Source: Ramazzottius varieornatus (lineage: Eukaryota > Animalia > Tardigrada). From it: a stretch of 64,000 nt of DNA. Position numbers and translations under genes: made by a program. This document shows positions 25,601 through 41,000 of the stretch, one piece after another (position 1 is the stretch's first letter; the number at the start of each line of letters is the position of its first letter). The stretch is taken from assembly GCA_001949185.1 (NCBI GenBank), contig BDGG01000002.1, positions 8,050,448-8,114,447 of the forward strand, read 5' to 3'. The notes beneath the pieces were generated by a model. The model saw nothing but the letters and a program-made list of their open reading frames with translations. It was not told the DNA's origin and searched no databases.

Positions 25601-28600
25601 CAGAAAGTTTCTCAGTCGATCCTTGATCTCATCAAACTTGTCCTTCTCGGCCAAGATGACCGTACCGATACCATCCGGTCTATAAAAACAACGCCAAGTG
25701 AGACAGTCAAACAGTCCTGAGAATAATACAGCGTACAATCGATAGAGTGAGAAAAAATCGATGGCTGCCAGTTCGGCAAACAAACTCGACAGATGTCTCA
25801 AGTGACGCACACTTCCAACTAGTAGCACTGAAAATATGCGCCACCTACAACTGTTTTCTCAAGGGGTGTGATTTTCAATTATTCTCGGCCGGAAGCGTGC
25901 ACCATCACTCCTGTCGAGTTTATTGCCTAGTTCTTAGATGTATCATACCGATTTCCATGAACGTGGGAAGCACAAAAGGCGAAGCTGTAATGCATCAAAG
26001 TGGCGTCGATGGCGAGACCCTTCTCGGCTCGTCCCAACAGCTCGTCCAGGTAGGTTAGGTGGCGATGGCAGCCACGGACGCCGTATCGTGCACAGTATTC
26101 GTCGAGCACAAAGATCTGCCCCGGATTGAACCACCCCTACAAATTCCTTTAACAATCAAACATCAAAACAATAATACGCAGGAAAAGCACTTACCAGGGA
26201 AGCAAACATGTCGTTGAGCCTGTAGTCCAGCGTCAGTGTTTGTAGGATCTTGAAGAGATCGGCATGGTCGAACTGGCAGGGATCAGCTTGGATAAACTCA
26301 TCCATGCCATGCTTGCGAGCCTTGTCGGCGTCTACACATTCAACCGTATAAAAGGCCATCAAAAACTAAAGACGAAGCCGTGGTACAGTCGTACGTACCT
26401 CCTTGGATGCGACTGAGGGGTGAATTAACCGGTGCTTTAGCATTGTTGGTGGCGGCGATGCTGGCGGGCGGTTGCGGCTTGTGAGCTTGACCAGTGGCCC
26501 GATACATGGCCTGCACCCACAGGTGGCGCTCGTTGTCGTCATCGCTTGCAAACATGAAGGTCTCCCCTTCTTTGGTGATACTGAAGAAGAAGCGCCCGCC
26601 ATCGTAATCTACAGGAAACAAGACACCCTTAAAGATCTGCAGAAGTTGGAGGTACGATGTGTAAGACTGAAATGCCATAACAGTACCTGTGACAGGTTCG
26701 GTATAATCGACCGTATATCCGTCCAACGTCGACATTTCCGTCGGGTCGCTCTTCTTCTCCTTGTAACTGCACATGGCAAAGGTATACTGCGAAACCTATG
26801 ATGATACGCGTTAGAGAAAAATTAAAGCTGTACTGAAGATAGGCTGAGCTATTAGTACTCTTAAGGCTTGGATGGATGGTAGCAGTAGGAAGAGGCTGAT
26901 ACGTACCTGAACGAGTGCCATGAAGCGTTTCTTCCACTTTTTCCAAACGTGTTTGCCTATGACGTAGAGGTAGCCGGAGCACTTGAGGTTCTGGGGACGG
27001 TCCATACGCATCGTCAGCCGAATCTTGACATCGTGGTCGGGAGAATTCTTGGGCGTCTCCATCTTGCACCATTCGGCTGTGCGGTTAGTGTTGGGCGTCA
27101 GCTTGACCAGCAGCTTGCCCAACTCCTTGTCACTCATCGAAATCATGCGAGAATTCTCCACAAAGAGGCGCACCTTGACGATCGTCAAGGGGTGCGTTAT
27201 GGTGAAGTCTCCCTGCAAACACATTCATCAACTCATCAGTCACCCTACACAGACTGACAGACAACAGCGTCACCGAAACGAGCGTCAGGTTCGTGCTCAG
27301 CACGGCCCTGTTGAGCTAGTTTTATAGAAAATGAGCTGATTGGAAAATGGAAACGTCAGCTTCAACGAGCTTGAGCACGTAAGTCCACAACCTCCGTCAT
27401 GTTATATGAATGTCGTGTAATCCGGCCGAGCGAAGCGAGGCCTTTAGAAGTCTCACGTTTTCAGTGCCGATCAGAACGTTCAGTCATGGCTTTATCGCAA
27501 GCACACTTCTGAAAAATAATGCGCCAACTGAACGAGCCGTGTGCTCTGTAATGGTTCGCCAGCTTTAACTCCTTTGCTCGGCCGTCCCAGTGGTCAGGAC
27601 CACTAGGTAGTGCAATGTTATGTGTTGCTGAAGCGCTCATGACGAACCTGTGTATCCCAGTGAGCTTTGCTGACTTCCACTCTGTCCGTCTGCAGCTTCT
27701 CCCCGCCACCTTCCACTTCCATAGTGCAGTACAGCAGTTTCGTTGGCTGAACCGACTTGACGCCCTGCACTTCTTGGACAATCACCTCGACGTTGAAAGA
27801 CAGGACCACATCCAGTTTGGTCAGGGCAGCTTCGCTACTTTCCCCGCTGTCCGACTTGATGGACGAAGCCGTTCCTCGTCGCGAACGACGGAAACTGTCA
27901 ATACCAATACCTCTTTAGTTGCAAGAGATCATAGCTGAATATCGGGATGAACACCCCCACCTGTTGTTGTAACGTTTGAACTTGCGTAAGCCGTATTTGG
28001 AGTCGGTGGTGCCTTTGGAGACGGGCAAGCTTTCCAGATTGGCCATCAGGAGGTTGATGCTGGACCGCAGCTCTTCAAGAAAGAGGCTCTCCATCTCTTT
28101 GACGATGAACTTGGGTAGGAGCTTGCGGTTCTTCTCCATGGCGGCCACCTTCTGCATCTGACCGTCCAGTTCACGCCGAATAGCCGCCGCTTGTTCATCG
28201 CTATTCTCCAACTACAACCAAATAACCAAAGATATTAAAATGTATCACTCCAATAGACAAAGGTGCATATGATGCATGAAACCGAAAGCTCGCTAAGGCG
28301 GCAGATAGGAACGCCTCCCCGTACCTGTAAGGCGTTGAAGAGGAGTTGATGCTCGAACTTTTTGATGCCGAGGATATTCTGGAAGATCTCATAGAGTTGG
28401 TCCTTGTTTTGAACGAGTTCGAAGGCAGTGGCAGTATTCTGGGCTTGACGCAGTCCTTTCCGTTGGTCATCATCACCTTTGACGATGGTGTCGAACTTGA
28501 TCAACCAGGAGTTGGTCACGGTTTCTTTGCTAAGGCCATCGACGTCCGGAAGAATCCTGATCTATAATTAAGACCACATTCCCTTAATCGGGCTCAACGC

Positions 28601-29870
28601 AAAGAGAGGATATTGTTCCGAGTTACCCGCTTCTCGATGATCTTTTTGAAGATTTCTCGTAGATCGTTATTTGAGCAGGCATTGCTTTGGACCAGGCGAG
28701 TGCAGCGTTCACTCTTGAGAAAGATTTCCACGTAATACTTAACAGAGTTAATAAAGGCTTCGTCGGCGGCAATCTGGCTATCACCGTTCAGGAAAGCAGT
28801 GAAGCGCTCCTTGATCAGCTGCAACTGCGCCTTCTGAATCTTAAAGGCTCTCCTACAAAGCACAAGACGAGTTCTGCCACGAGAGCTGGAAGATAAAGTG
28901 AGGAGTAATAGACTAACAGCTAAACTGACAGAAAGAAACTTGAGCTGTGACTTCCGGTGCGATCGGTGCATTCACAAAACAATGGTGCCCTCCATTAGAA
29001 TGATACTACCGTACCAATTCGATTGATTGCTCGATCAAGAAAGCTTTTCGTTTGTTTGTTAATTATACATAAGGGCCGGGCAACCGGAAGTGAAGTTTTT
29101 GTCACCAGTTCCAGCTATTAATATGTTCCCGAAAGGTTTTTGTTGGTTTCGGATGGTGGTTTCTGCTGTGAGTTAGCGATCATCCAGTGATTTCGTCTTT
29201 GATGTACCTGGACATGTCGGTGGGTTGTTTGGCATTGAAAGGATAAGCTATACATCGGGAAACGAAGACGTATAACTGTAGACGCTTCTTCCGCTTTTCC
29301 TCCTCCAGTTCAGCGCGTTCACCATTGACCTGATCCAGTAACTGATCTTGGGAATTTTGATGATGCATCGACTTCTGTATGGGTTCTGATGACATTGACG
29401 GGCTGGGACTGTAATGCATTAACACACACACTTCATTTTGTTACCACACTAAAACGCAAACAGCGATAAAACTGCGGACGATGGCACATTTAATATCAGC
29501 CATAAAAAAAGACAACAGGAAGACATAGTCCCGAACCAAGTTTTGAACTTAAAACTGCGTTCTTCTATCTGCAAGTCGTGATTGAGACTGATAAGGAGCA
29601 AAGTACCTGATCTTCTTACCTGATGGATCTCTCAGTACGGTTGGTGGAGGCATGGAGACCGCTTTGCGAGGGTACGTTGGACGCGGCAGGGTCGGAGGCC
29701 GGGGTCAGGAGACTACGGACCGAAGCCGCCGAGACCACCGGCTTGAGGTGGAAGGCACTGGCTGGAGAGGCTTGGTTGATGCGATCCGATGTCAGAGACA
29801 AGGTATCGGCCCGTGAGCTGGTCGAATATTCACGGTCGTCCTCATCCTCGCTGGATGATGGCGCTAGCAT
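21873..29870 (-). CDS. CADPS: Calcium-dependent secretion activator (CAPS/UNC-31), multi-exon
   Basis: Start [12 protein letters not shown] in GCCACCATG context; [24 protein letters not shown]; C2 region [14 protein letters not shown]; PH domain [21 protein letters not shown]; MUN region [24 protein letters not shown]; terminal FELQG...[15 protein letters not shown]. Confidence 0.96.
22820..23548. mobile_element. 729-bp Tc1/mariner-type MITE in a CAPS intron
   Basis: TA|CAGGGTGATTTTAATTGCTTCGACGGATTTTG ... CAAAATCCGTCGAAGCAATGAAAATCAACCTG|TA (32-bp TIRs, 2 mismatches). Confidence 0.85.
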
Positions 29871-31143
29871 GGTGGCTGTCACTCGCGCGACTATCTTCCT
29901 CACACTGTAAAGAAAGTGGACCAAAGTCAAGTGTGAAGTGGATGCTCAGCCGGAAAGAACAACCAGACTGGCATCATGAGGTGTTATATGGAGAGCTCGT
30001 TGCCGGGAACTTCCGGGTGGGCGGAAATGTTCAGGGAAATATGTTTCGATTCCGGTATACGGGTACAAAATATCTTCGAGGGCGTCCATCTGCGACTAAT
30101 TGGAGTCTTCTTACTTTTATTACTCGTAGACAAGAATTTGCAGGTTAGAGTATTTGTCCTGTGAAGTGAAACACACGGACGGGGCTCGAAGCAAGCATGA
30201 CAAACTAACCCTGATTAGTTACGTAAGTCCAGCATTTGCAGAATTATATGGCGATGGATTCAAGCGGCATAATTGAGCAGAAAAGTGCTTCCATGGTCGA
30301 TCACAGACAACAGAGCTTCGATCCCGAAGCTGGCATAGCATAACGGGAAGAGCCGACTTGGCCAAGAGCTTATGGGATAAAAGATGGTCGACTCAGAATA
30401 TGGAGGATAGTTTGACATTTGCAGTTGATGATACGAGTTCTGCGACTGTCGCATCTGGGGAGGGAGACGATGTTTGTTAAACAACGTCGGTTATAATGGG
30501 ACCAAATGAGGAATGCCCCATCGGCTCGACGGCAGCGCTGTGGACCCTAATTTCCATAATCCAGTCGAAGCCAAATCTGACATAACAGCAATATTCTCCA
30601 GCGGAAGTTCACCACAGTCCCAGATTGATGGAAAACACGCATCGAAACACTTGGTCGGCTTAGCGTTGCCTGACTTGGTCGAATGGGACTACGTTGGACA
30701 AACGCGGCAACGTCGAAAAACTTTTATTGATACTTCTGAGAAAAGATTACAGCCAGGTGTGGTACAAAAAGCAGGAATACAATCAAAATCTAGCCAAAGG
30801 AATCTTTGGTGTGTCCTATGTTTTGTATGACGACGATATAGGGCTGTGTGTTGGGCATAAGGTCGCTGTCATTTACGGCAACATGTCATTATGCATATCG
30901 ATGCCGTCAGCCTGTTCGGCCGCAGTTAACGTTATCCCTGCGCTCGGCTGGTGGGGATCGATCGAAGGGAATGAAGGGGGATGCTGTGTCGTGTCGCGGC
31001 GCGCACTACTCACAGAGTTTCAAACGGGCAAACGGAGGATCCAACAGGCTCCTATCAGTCGATGAGGCAGCTAGCCTGCCTGTTGAGAGAGAGCGTGAAG
31101 GAGGAAGAGGCCAGCTGGATATCGTTGCAGTCAACATTGACCA

Positions 31144-31209
31144 TGTTTGCCCAAAGGGAAACCCGCTGACTACAACTGTTTGCCCAAAGGGAGACCCGCT
31201 CACTACAAC
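31144..31209. repeat. 33-bp tandem duplication
   Basis: TGTTTGCCCAAAGGGARACCCGCTSACTACAAC x2. Confidence 0.85.
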
Positions 31210-32043
31210 TCTGGTCTAGGCTGCATGTACTGTTGGACAACATATTGGTCAGGCTCTTCTCTCCCACTCTGGTCCAAAACAATTGATCGCCGTCGCTTGA
31301 GCTTACTTGTTACCGTCCATCCCGACGATCGATATGGCTCTTCCTTCCTTCCTTCTTCCTGTGTAACTGGCCACATTTACAGGCATACTATGCCTGTACC
31401 GATCGAGGTCCAAGTGGGCTGCGTATACAAAAGATGGTATGGATCTTGTCGTGGGAATGGAGCCTTGTTTATCGCCGCTGCCTGTCGATTATACGTGTTT
31501 GTCGAGGAAAAACAGAAAGGAAGTCTCCCATTCTCCCTACTAAGCTGGCGCCTCAATCAATTAACGAGCTGGGTAAATACAGATGTGCCGCTCGATCTCT
31601 CACTCAAACTATATCTGCCGCATCACACCAGCGAACCCTCTTCTTCCCTTACAGCCAACAGGAACTTCCATTATCCGATTTCCGTCAGAGTATTATAATG
31701 CCAACAAATATTTTGCCATGAGATACCTGATACGAAATTCGTCTAGTCTAGTCTAGTCCAGACTATGAAGCTAAATGAAATCTAACAATCAATAAGCTAA
31801 AACGCGAATCAAAGAAAGCGGCAGAAAGGCCCGAGGTACCATCTAAAAGCAAGAATGTCCGCGATAAAAAGCTACTGCATAATGATAAACTTCCTCAATG
31901 TGGCACTGGATATTACGCAACGATAAAGAACAATCAAAGTATTGGTCAAGAGAAGCAAAATGAGCAATTCAGAGAAAAGAAGAAGACCACCGGAATGGGC
32001 GGAAACACCGGACATGTCAATCAAGAAGTCAAGCTTCCGGTTG

Positions 32044-35000
32044 TCAGACTTTGCTGATATCTTGTCGGCCATGGTGGTAATCGTCAAAGGCCAAATTCTG
32101 CTTGCCGTTGCCTTCCTTGAAGGAGGCTTCGCCGATGGCCGCCGGTATCATAGCTGGGTCGGTGATAACCACCGTCTTCTTGCTGCGGAATAATCGACTA
32201 CAACGAAAAAACATTGCGCTGACCAAGGGTAACTCTAACGATGTGCAAATGAATACACCCGGACCGTTATCTCAAGTGATGAAGTGCACGCTGGCATCGC
32301 TATCGATCGAAAGCGTGCGCCACTTGGAACAAAGAGTTTGTCAAATTTGTTGCTTTCCCAAGCGGCGCAAGTTTTGAGCATTATTGACTCGAAGCGTGCG
32401 CCACTTGGAAAGAGAATCATTTGCCACCGTCCTGTATGACGCAGGGAAGTTGGCCAGAAGTGACAAGTACCTGGCTCTAGTGATGAGGCAGACAAGAATG
32501 AGCGTCAAGGCGATCAGTCCAGCCAGAGGGATGATGATGGCAGCTGGCAACCAATGCTGCAAGAACAATGGTGTTATGAATACATTCTTAACCGAAAACG
32601 TAGTGGGAGTCTTACCGGTGTAGCGGTAGCCATGTCGCTGCGCTGCACCAAACGTTGCGGCTGTACGCGCACAAGGTTGGCTGGGTAGACGGTAATGTTG
32701 GGGTTGTTGAGGTTGGAACGAAGAGCCGTCTGCAATTTCTCCAGAGACGGCGTTTGCAGGGCGGCCAGCTCAGTCCAGTTAACGTCCGGAAGTAGGGAGA
32801 CGACATAGTCCAAACGTTGGACGTTGGTGTTGTACCCTCCATCGTAGAGGGCGTTGTTGCCGGTGGTGTTGCCCGCAACACTTCCATCACTGGCTCCAGC
32901 ATTCCTACGGCACGAGAATTACAGACTTTAGTGCCCTGCAGGCTAATGAGGAAGCCAGCCAGCAAAATAAGATTGTCATTTCAAGTGACGCACACTTCCA
33001 GCCAAAAACGATGAACAAGTGCGCCCCTTGAAAACTCGACCATATCGCTTTTCGACGTGGCGCACATGTCCAGTCGTACTGAAAACTTGCGCGACTGCGG
33101 AAAACAGTCTGGAGAACGGATAGATAGGAAAAACGATGTGGCTTACCTGGTGTCATTAACATTGTTGTTCAGGAGAACGTATCCTCCACTGTGGGCGACG
33201 TTATTGTTGACGGTCAGTTGGTCGTTACGAAGTTGAGGGTTGGCGGTTAACCAGGCCGCTGCCAGCGCAGGAGCCAGGTTATTCCAGTTGCTACTGTTAT
33301 TGTCCAGGTTGCCGCCATTGCGGTCGGCAAAGTACAAACTCTGGTCCAGCATGGGCTGGCAGTCGTTACCACAGACTTGATACGCGCTTCCAGCGGCAGG
33401 CAGTGCAGCGTTAGCCAGCTCTTGTTGGGTCAAGTCGGGGATCAACAGTTGACTGGGAGGTGCGCCAGCCACCTGCACACCGTATCGAACCAGGCTCAGG
33501 TTGCCACCACTATTCAACGAGAACAAGTCGACTATATAACGTGTCACATGGTGGTAGGTGGAAAAGGAAAGCCTTACTTGGCGTCGTGGAAGCGATAAGA
33601 AGGTGGCTGAAGGATGTAGGCTGTCCAAGCCGAGGAAGGAATACCGGCGACGTCTTGAGTGACGTTACCATACCTGTCCAGCCAAGGCTGCAGCAACGTC
33701 TGCGACAGCTGTTGTGTGTTGCTCATGTCATGGCCGCCTCGGAGGAGGGCTAGGTAGACCGGGATATCGCAGATACAGTTGGCGCAGTTACCCGCCGGGT
33801 TGACGGGAGTACCTGGGAGTTGCTGGTCACCGGTCATCAAGACGTTGGCTTCTTCGTACTGACTGAACGAACCATCGTCGGGATGGTAACAGTAGCGCGT
33901 GTTCTGGTCGATCAGTGAGATGTCGGTGGGAAGAGTTGTTTCCGTCTGGCGACGACGACGTTGAGAGACAGCAGAACCGGAAGAGACGATGCGCGGAGAG
34001 CGAAGGAGTTGTTGCTGGACGGCCGTGTTGATGGTGGCGCCGGGCAGAATGCTCACTTGTTGGATGGCGCGACTTGGTGCAACAGTGCTACCAGAAGCCG
34101 AAGCCAGGTTCGACGGAAAGACGACGTAGGGCGACTGCGAACGGATGGTGTAGTACAGACGAGTAATGTCCGCCCTGTAAAGACATTACATCGTTGGACG
34201 ATCTCACATTCGACTATGGAATGGGACATCGGCAAAGAAACTCGGCAGGATCGTTTTCCCAAGCGGCGCATGCTTTCAGCCAGTAGCACTTGTAAAGGTG
34301 CATCACTTGGAAAAAAGCAACTGGACACATGGTTTTTTAGGTGATGAACGTTACCGAAAATTTGGCTGAAAGAATGCGCCACTTGGAAAACAAGCTCGTT
34401 GAGCCGGTTTTTCCCTGTGACGCACGTTGCGCGTTAATAACAATGAAGAAGTGAGCCACTTACGAAAAGATCTTGTGAGTTTGCTTACGTACCCGTCGGT
34501 GATGGCTTTGCGCCGTTGAGTGGCCAAAACCTCGACAGTGTAGCTACAGTTGACGCGTAGGCAGTTAGGGTTGGCTTGTAGCCAGGCCGCGGACATTTGG
34601 CTCTTGCGACTCTGCACATCAAAGATGTTGAGACGGCCTTCAAAGTCCTGGAAGAGGACGCGGCTGGGATCCGTGGCGGCCAGCATGGCATCCTGCGTAG
34701 CGGTGGCGCCACCTGCAACAGCCACACCGGAAGCCGAGGCGTTGGACAGGACCACAGGCTGAAGAAGAGCGGCATTGCTGCCAGACTGAAGATGGTTGTG
34801 GGCATCCTCGACTATGGCGTCAACCACGGGCGTGGAGGGGTAGCTGCCGTTGGCGTCTTGCAGGTTGGTGGGCAGAAAGACCAACTGGACGAACTGGCGA
34901 CCGAAGCGACCGTACAAAAGCCGAGCATAGGCTAGTCGTGCTTGACACCTGCAATCAGTCACGCACATGAGAAAACATCATAAACATGTGTCGATCGAAG

Positions 35001-38000
35001 TTTTGTGGGGACGACCGCAAAGAATGGAGAATGGCTGTTAATTCAACTGGCGCACCTTTCCGTTGGTGTTGGCTGATGGGAGCGCCACTTGAAAAACTCG
35101 ACAAGATCGCTTTCTTAAGTAGCGCACGTTTCCGTTGTTATCGGCTATAAGCATGCGCCACTTGGGAAAACAATCTCGGTTGTGATCCTTTTCAAGTGCG
35201 TGACAATTGCAGTTTTGCGGGAATCTACTTGGCGACCTGTTCAGAGAAGTGAAACTCACCCCTCGGCTACGCATTGCAGAGAATGGTTGGAGACTGCTGC
35301 CTGCATGGCGTTATTGACTGCCGTTTGAGCTGCCTGGATAGTGCTGTTGTCCAGTGTGGCAGCGACGCTGTTGGGTTGGAGCCAGTCGAGGTCCTTCTGC
35401 TCGAGCGTCAAGTGAACGGGATAAACCACGTCCGGACCAGCCGGCAGGTGGACAGTCTGCTGGGGGAACTGGGCTTGCAGTTGGTCCAGAGTGGGCTGGG
35501 CCACTTGCAGCAGGTGACCTTCAGCGTCGACTGCAGCGGCAAAGTAGTCCACTTGCAGCAACGGTTGGGCCAAGGGACGGGTAATATTGGTGGACAGGGC
35601 CGGCGGCGTGCCTTGGGGGAAGCCGGCTTGGATCATGTTGGCGGGCAGGACGACGTTGGCTGTGCTGACGGCTTGCCGAACGGCTTCCCGAATCGCCAAT
35701 GGCTCGGCACCTATCGTAAAAAAAGCAACCCCGGTTCAAATTACGCCAGACGAACTTGAGAGTTGGGACCTCGATGAATTGATTCGACAAGACTGGGCGC
35801 AGACTTATCGAAACAATCTTGTCGCGTTTGCTTTTCGAAGTGGCGCACGTTTACGGTGTTATATGCTGAAAGCGTGCGCCATTCGGGAAATTACGCAGGT
35901 TGAGTTCATAAGTGGCGCACTTTTTCGATGCAACTGGCCGGAAGAGTGCGCCACTTGGTAAACCGATCTTGTCAGTTTTTGTTTTGCTTGCGTTACGTTT
36001 AGCATTTCTTTGAAGTGTTACCATTACCTGGGGCGATGGAGTTAACGTCGGTGGTAAGGAGGAAACGGTAGACGGGAATGTTGAAGCAGTCTTGACAAAC
36101 GGGATAGCCAGCTCGCGTTAGGACATCGTTGCTGACGTTAGCGCTGGGTTCGCTCAACTGCGGCGGACCTCGTACTTCATACGAGACATTGCTGCCCAGG
36201 ATACCGTTCTGGTCGACCACCGGCTGGATACCCAGAATATGGACACTGTTGCTATCCAAGGTGACACCATTGTTCTGCTGCGACCAGGCTTGGGCAATCA
36301 ACTGTCGCAAGGTGGCGTCGTCCAGCGGACCAACTGGTCGTTGAAGATGGAGGAAGCCGACGTAGGCCACTGTAGTTACTTCGGTGGTAGTGGTGGTGGA
36401 GTTGTCCACGACCACAACGGGTACCAGTACAGCTGATACTGTGGTGCTGGCTGTCACTTCCGTGGACGGTTGAGTGGTCAGAAGGATAACGATGGCTTGG
36501 GAAGCGTTCTGAGCCGGTGCTTCGGTAAGAGAAGGTGCGACGGTGGCTCGTGGTGGTAGTTCGGGAATGAGCCAGATACCGTTTAGCGGGTGGTCCGTCA
36601 TGTACTGACGGAAACGGGCCTTGGCTGCATATTCGTCCAGCGGACCATTGTTGGTACCGGTCACTTCGTACGACAAGGATCGGATGGGAATGCCTTCTGG
36701 TGTCGTCGATGTGCTGTAACCCACGTCGTTAAGGAGGCGTTGCTGCACGTTGGTGGCATTTGGTGCTGCGAAGAAAAAAACATTGTAAGATTGTCAGTCC
36801 ATTTTCATCTATTCCTTCGTTAATCTTCAAATGCTAAAATTCAGGCATTGCGCAACTGACACAAAATCAAACGGGAGGTCGCTAAACAAACTCAACAAAA
36901 TGCTTCCCCCATGTGACGCACGTTTACAGTCTTTCTGGCTGACAGTGTGCGCCAAGTGGGAAAGTCAACCAGATTGTTTTTCAAGTGGCGCATATTTGCG
37001 GTACACCTAGCTGTAAGCGTGCGCCGGTAGCAAAACCTATCTTTTGTGAAATCTCAAACATTACAGGGAAAAACGTCCATGATTGGAAATGTACCCAGTG
37101 TGGCTTCCCAGCTTCGGCGAATCTGTTCGAGGAGCCGATTGCGTTGACCATGGCTAGTAGCAGCGATGACGACACTGTCGTCCAGCGTGAAGGGTGTGGG
37201 AACAGCCGGGACAACAGGAATTAAGAGGACAGCGGGCGCCACTGTGGTACCTCCTTCCACGAAGAGGAACTGAGCAGCCGGACTGCGGAGTAGCGTCTGC
37301 TGGAAGGTCTGTTCTTCGGCGGGTGTTACCTGGACGTTGGCCGGTACCGTCAAGTTGTAGGACAAGGTCGAGACTTGCTTGCCGTCCCGAGTGGCGATAT
37401 TCTCCGGCTGGACATTGGTCAAGGTGATGGCCACTAGCTGTGGTTGCGCTTCCATACCTGTGAAACAAGTCGGTATGTACAAGTCGAAACATTGTCGAAC
37501 TGTATCGAAATGTCTAGTGGAACTTACCAAGCGTGGAGACCCAGCTGTTACGAACTCCGTTGATCAACTGGTCCATATCCGCCGCATTGGCCACGGCAAT
37601 GCGCAGCGTATGCGGGAAGCGGTTGACGTTCTCCGTTGCTAGTGGCACCACAGCCAAATTGTTGCTGACTGTTCCGTTGGTAGCTACCACCGATAGGGGG
37701 ATGAAGAGCAATGGCGCCAGGGTGGAACCGTTAAGGAGCGTGTAAAAGTTGGAAAGGATGACCGGCGTCTCGCTCTGGTTGGTGGCTTGGACCTGGTACT
37801 GGATGTTACTAACTGGCCGGTTCTGACTGTCCGTTACATTCAGTGGACGGACTCCTACCACCGTCAGGTTCAGGCTGTCGGCTGGGACTTGGTAGGCTTG
37901 CGCCCATACGTCCTTCAGGTCAGAAGCTACTAAGGCCACGTCTTGCGGACTGTTGACGGTAGCGTTGATATCATGCAGAACGACTGCAACAGAAACACTA

Positions 38001-41000
38001 GATAATCAAAAAAGCAGTTATAATCATGGGAGCTGGGTAAACAAATAGTCTAAGATCTCTATCTCAGTGTTATCGGCTAAAATCTTGCGGCACTCGAAAA
38101 CGCCAACTGATCGAGTTAGTGTTTCCCAAGTGGCGCATGTTTTCATTGTTACTAGATGGAAAAGTGCGCCACTCAGGAGCACAGTCTTGTAACTTTTGTT
38201 TGACCACCTTCCCTGTTAGGAATTCATGATTGATTCATGTGGTATTACCTGTACGCTGTGTGGTAATGGGCACCACCAACACACTGCGACCGGTCGTGGT
38301 GATTCCTGCCACCACTGGGACGAGAGCGACGGCGCCACTGGTACTGCTGGTTGGTCGGACGGTAGTAGACTGCGTAGCGATGGGGACGACGACCACTGCG
38401 GTGCCGTTGCTAGCTACTTGGTCAGCGGAGATGAAGTACTGGGCCAGTGGTGAGAAGGGTACCAACGCTTCGGCACGTTGACGGACAGCCGGCAAGTCCG
38501 TCACGTTCTGCAGCGTCACGCCGTATGTCAGCGTCTGGATGGGCAGACCGTTGGTCGGAGATGTTCGGGGCGGGTCGAGCGGTGTCAGCGAGATGACGCG
38601 AACTTCGGCCGCCGATGCGTTGATACCTATCGGCACACAAAAAATTCAGCATTAACTTCCGATGGAGAAGGTCGCCAACTGGAAAGTCGGCAAAGTGACT
38701 TGAGCATGTTACTTCTCTAAAATGATACACTCTCTCAGCCAATAACAATGAAAAAGTGCGCTACTTGAGACAACGATCATGTCCCGTTCATTTGTCGAGA
38801 GCACAACAAATTTATCGTACCGCTGGCATTTGCCCACAGAGTACGCAGTTGGTCGGTGACAGTCCAAATCTCGCTGGGATCAGCCAACGTGATGTCTTGG
38901 CGTTCGGTGAAGCTTAGGACGGGTACGACTGGCAGGTTGGGAATGACGATGACAGCCGGTGAAGTGGCTTGCGCTTGTGGGGCTTGTCCAGGTAGCTGGG
39001 CGATGAACTCCATCAGATCCGACTGGCGTAACAAGGCCAGGAACTGCGCCCACACTTGCTCCGGATTGGCAATATTACCGTTCAGCAGCAACACGTACCG
39101 GAAGTCGACGAAGGGAGTACCATCCGCTGACGTCACGTTACTGGGGTCCGCTGTCAAGAACTGCACGTTGACGTTGCGTTCGTTCGCACCTGTTGATGAA
39201 AAAGAAAGCAGTTTACAGTACACCCTTTATATCATTTTGGACATAGGCAGACAAACTCGACAAGCTAACTAGGCTGAGTGGCGCAGACATCCAGCCGATA
39301 TCTACGCATGTGTGCGCCGCCTGGGAAAAGAACCTAAACGTGTTTTTCAAGTGGCGCATACTATTCACCAGTTTCTCCGACAACATGCGCCACTTGGAAA
39401 ACTCTCTTGTTGGTTGGTTTGCCGATCTTGCGTATCATTTTCTATGAAGAATTACCCAAAGCTTGAATCCACAGTTGCTGCAGAGTCTGAATAATGGCGT
39501 CGCTATCGGAAGGACTGAAGTTCCGCAACAAGAGGGAACCGGTATAGCGCGGCGTCAGGACAGACGTGACTGGACCAACAGGCACCACCGCGACCGCTGA
39601 AGCTACGGTCGATGTCGTAGTCGTAGCAGCTGTCGTAGCCACGTTACTCACCACCGGAGCTACCGCAGCTGTAGTGTCGGGCACGATGTCGCTGAGGAGG
39701 ACGATAGTACCGTTGGGCGCCGTGACGGCCCAAACACTGCGAGGCTTGTTGGTGGCCATGTTGGTGTAGAAGAGCTGCTTGGCGGCGGCCGCGTCGAGTG
39801 GCTGGCGCGTCACACCCTGAATCTGGTACTGGATTTGCCGAATATTGGTACCTTCCGGCGTCTGAGCGGTGCTGTAGGCGCTGTCCACTGTTGTCAACAG
39901 CTGCAGGTTGCTCATGTTGTTGCCTGTAAAATCACAGACGGTGATGACAGAATCTCAAAGTATCAGACGATTTAAGCTTAACTAAACAACTTACCGACAG
40001 CTGCTTGCCAAGCTGGCTTGACTTGTTCTTCCATGACACGATCTCTGGCTCGTCGCGTGTCAGCCAGTAGGACGATGGTGTCGTTGATGACCACTGGCCC
40101 GGGACCGACCATCAGTGGCACCAGAACCGCTAACGGCAACAGCAGGACAGCCGCGTTACCAGCGCTGCTCTGCGTAGTAGTTACCACGGCAGTGGCTGAC
40201 TGCGGCACTTGTCCAGCTGAAACTCCCGTCGTTGTCCCGTTCAGCGGTGTTCGGCCAAAGATGACCATGTAAGGAGCCATGGTAGCCGAGGCTCCCACGG
40301 CGTTGATGTCCGGGTTGGCAGCGACGATGGGCGCAATGTTGGCGTTACCCAGGGCAAGACGGAAACGCTGTAAGGCAACGTTCAGATCCACCGGGGCATT
40401 GCCTGCAAGAAAGCACATCCGAGGTACATGTTTGTTGATATACCGGTAATGTATTGGGAAGCAGGCAAGCAACATCGGGATGATCGTTATCTCATGTGGC
40501 GCACGTTTCCATCCAACAATACAGAGAACTGCGCCACTTGGAAGACTAATTCTAGTGGAATTTCCAAGTGGCGCACGCGGTCGGCCAACAACGCTGAGAA
40601 CGTGCGCCACTTGCGATAGTGATCGTCCCGAGATGATTTTGCGGCCTGGCCATTTGGTGTCGGAGGAGCCACTAACCGGTGCCTTGTAGCCTGTAAGTGA
40701 CAAAGCGGATCGGTCTGCCGTCGGCCGTTTCCGGGTTGGGGAAGCCTGGGACATCGCGGATGGTGGAGATCTTGACGTCGGTGACGTTGGGTGCCAGAGC
40801 TTGCGCCCAGAGTGTGTTGATCTGGTCCAGGATGCGGGTTCGCTGCCGTTCGGTGGTGACGGCCATGTTGATAGAGTCCGTCAGGTTGAACTGGCCAGCA
40901 CTAGGTGCGGCAACCACGTTACTGAGGACCACTGGCGCAACCAGCAAGGCAGTAGTTCGGCTAGCAATGGTGGTGGTGGTAGTTCGAGCAGCAATGGTGG

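Noticed and set aside
27424-27442. GGCCGAGCGAAGCGAGGCC hairpin resembling a Helitron/Helentron end
   Set aside because: Single short motif with no other element boundary found.
30513-30950. ORF with YVGQT and a CHLRQHVIMH-like word suggesting a GIY-YIG or zinc-finger relic
   Set aside because: Only isolated short words, interrupted by stops, with no supporting motifs.
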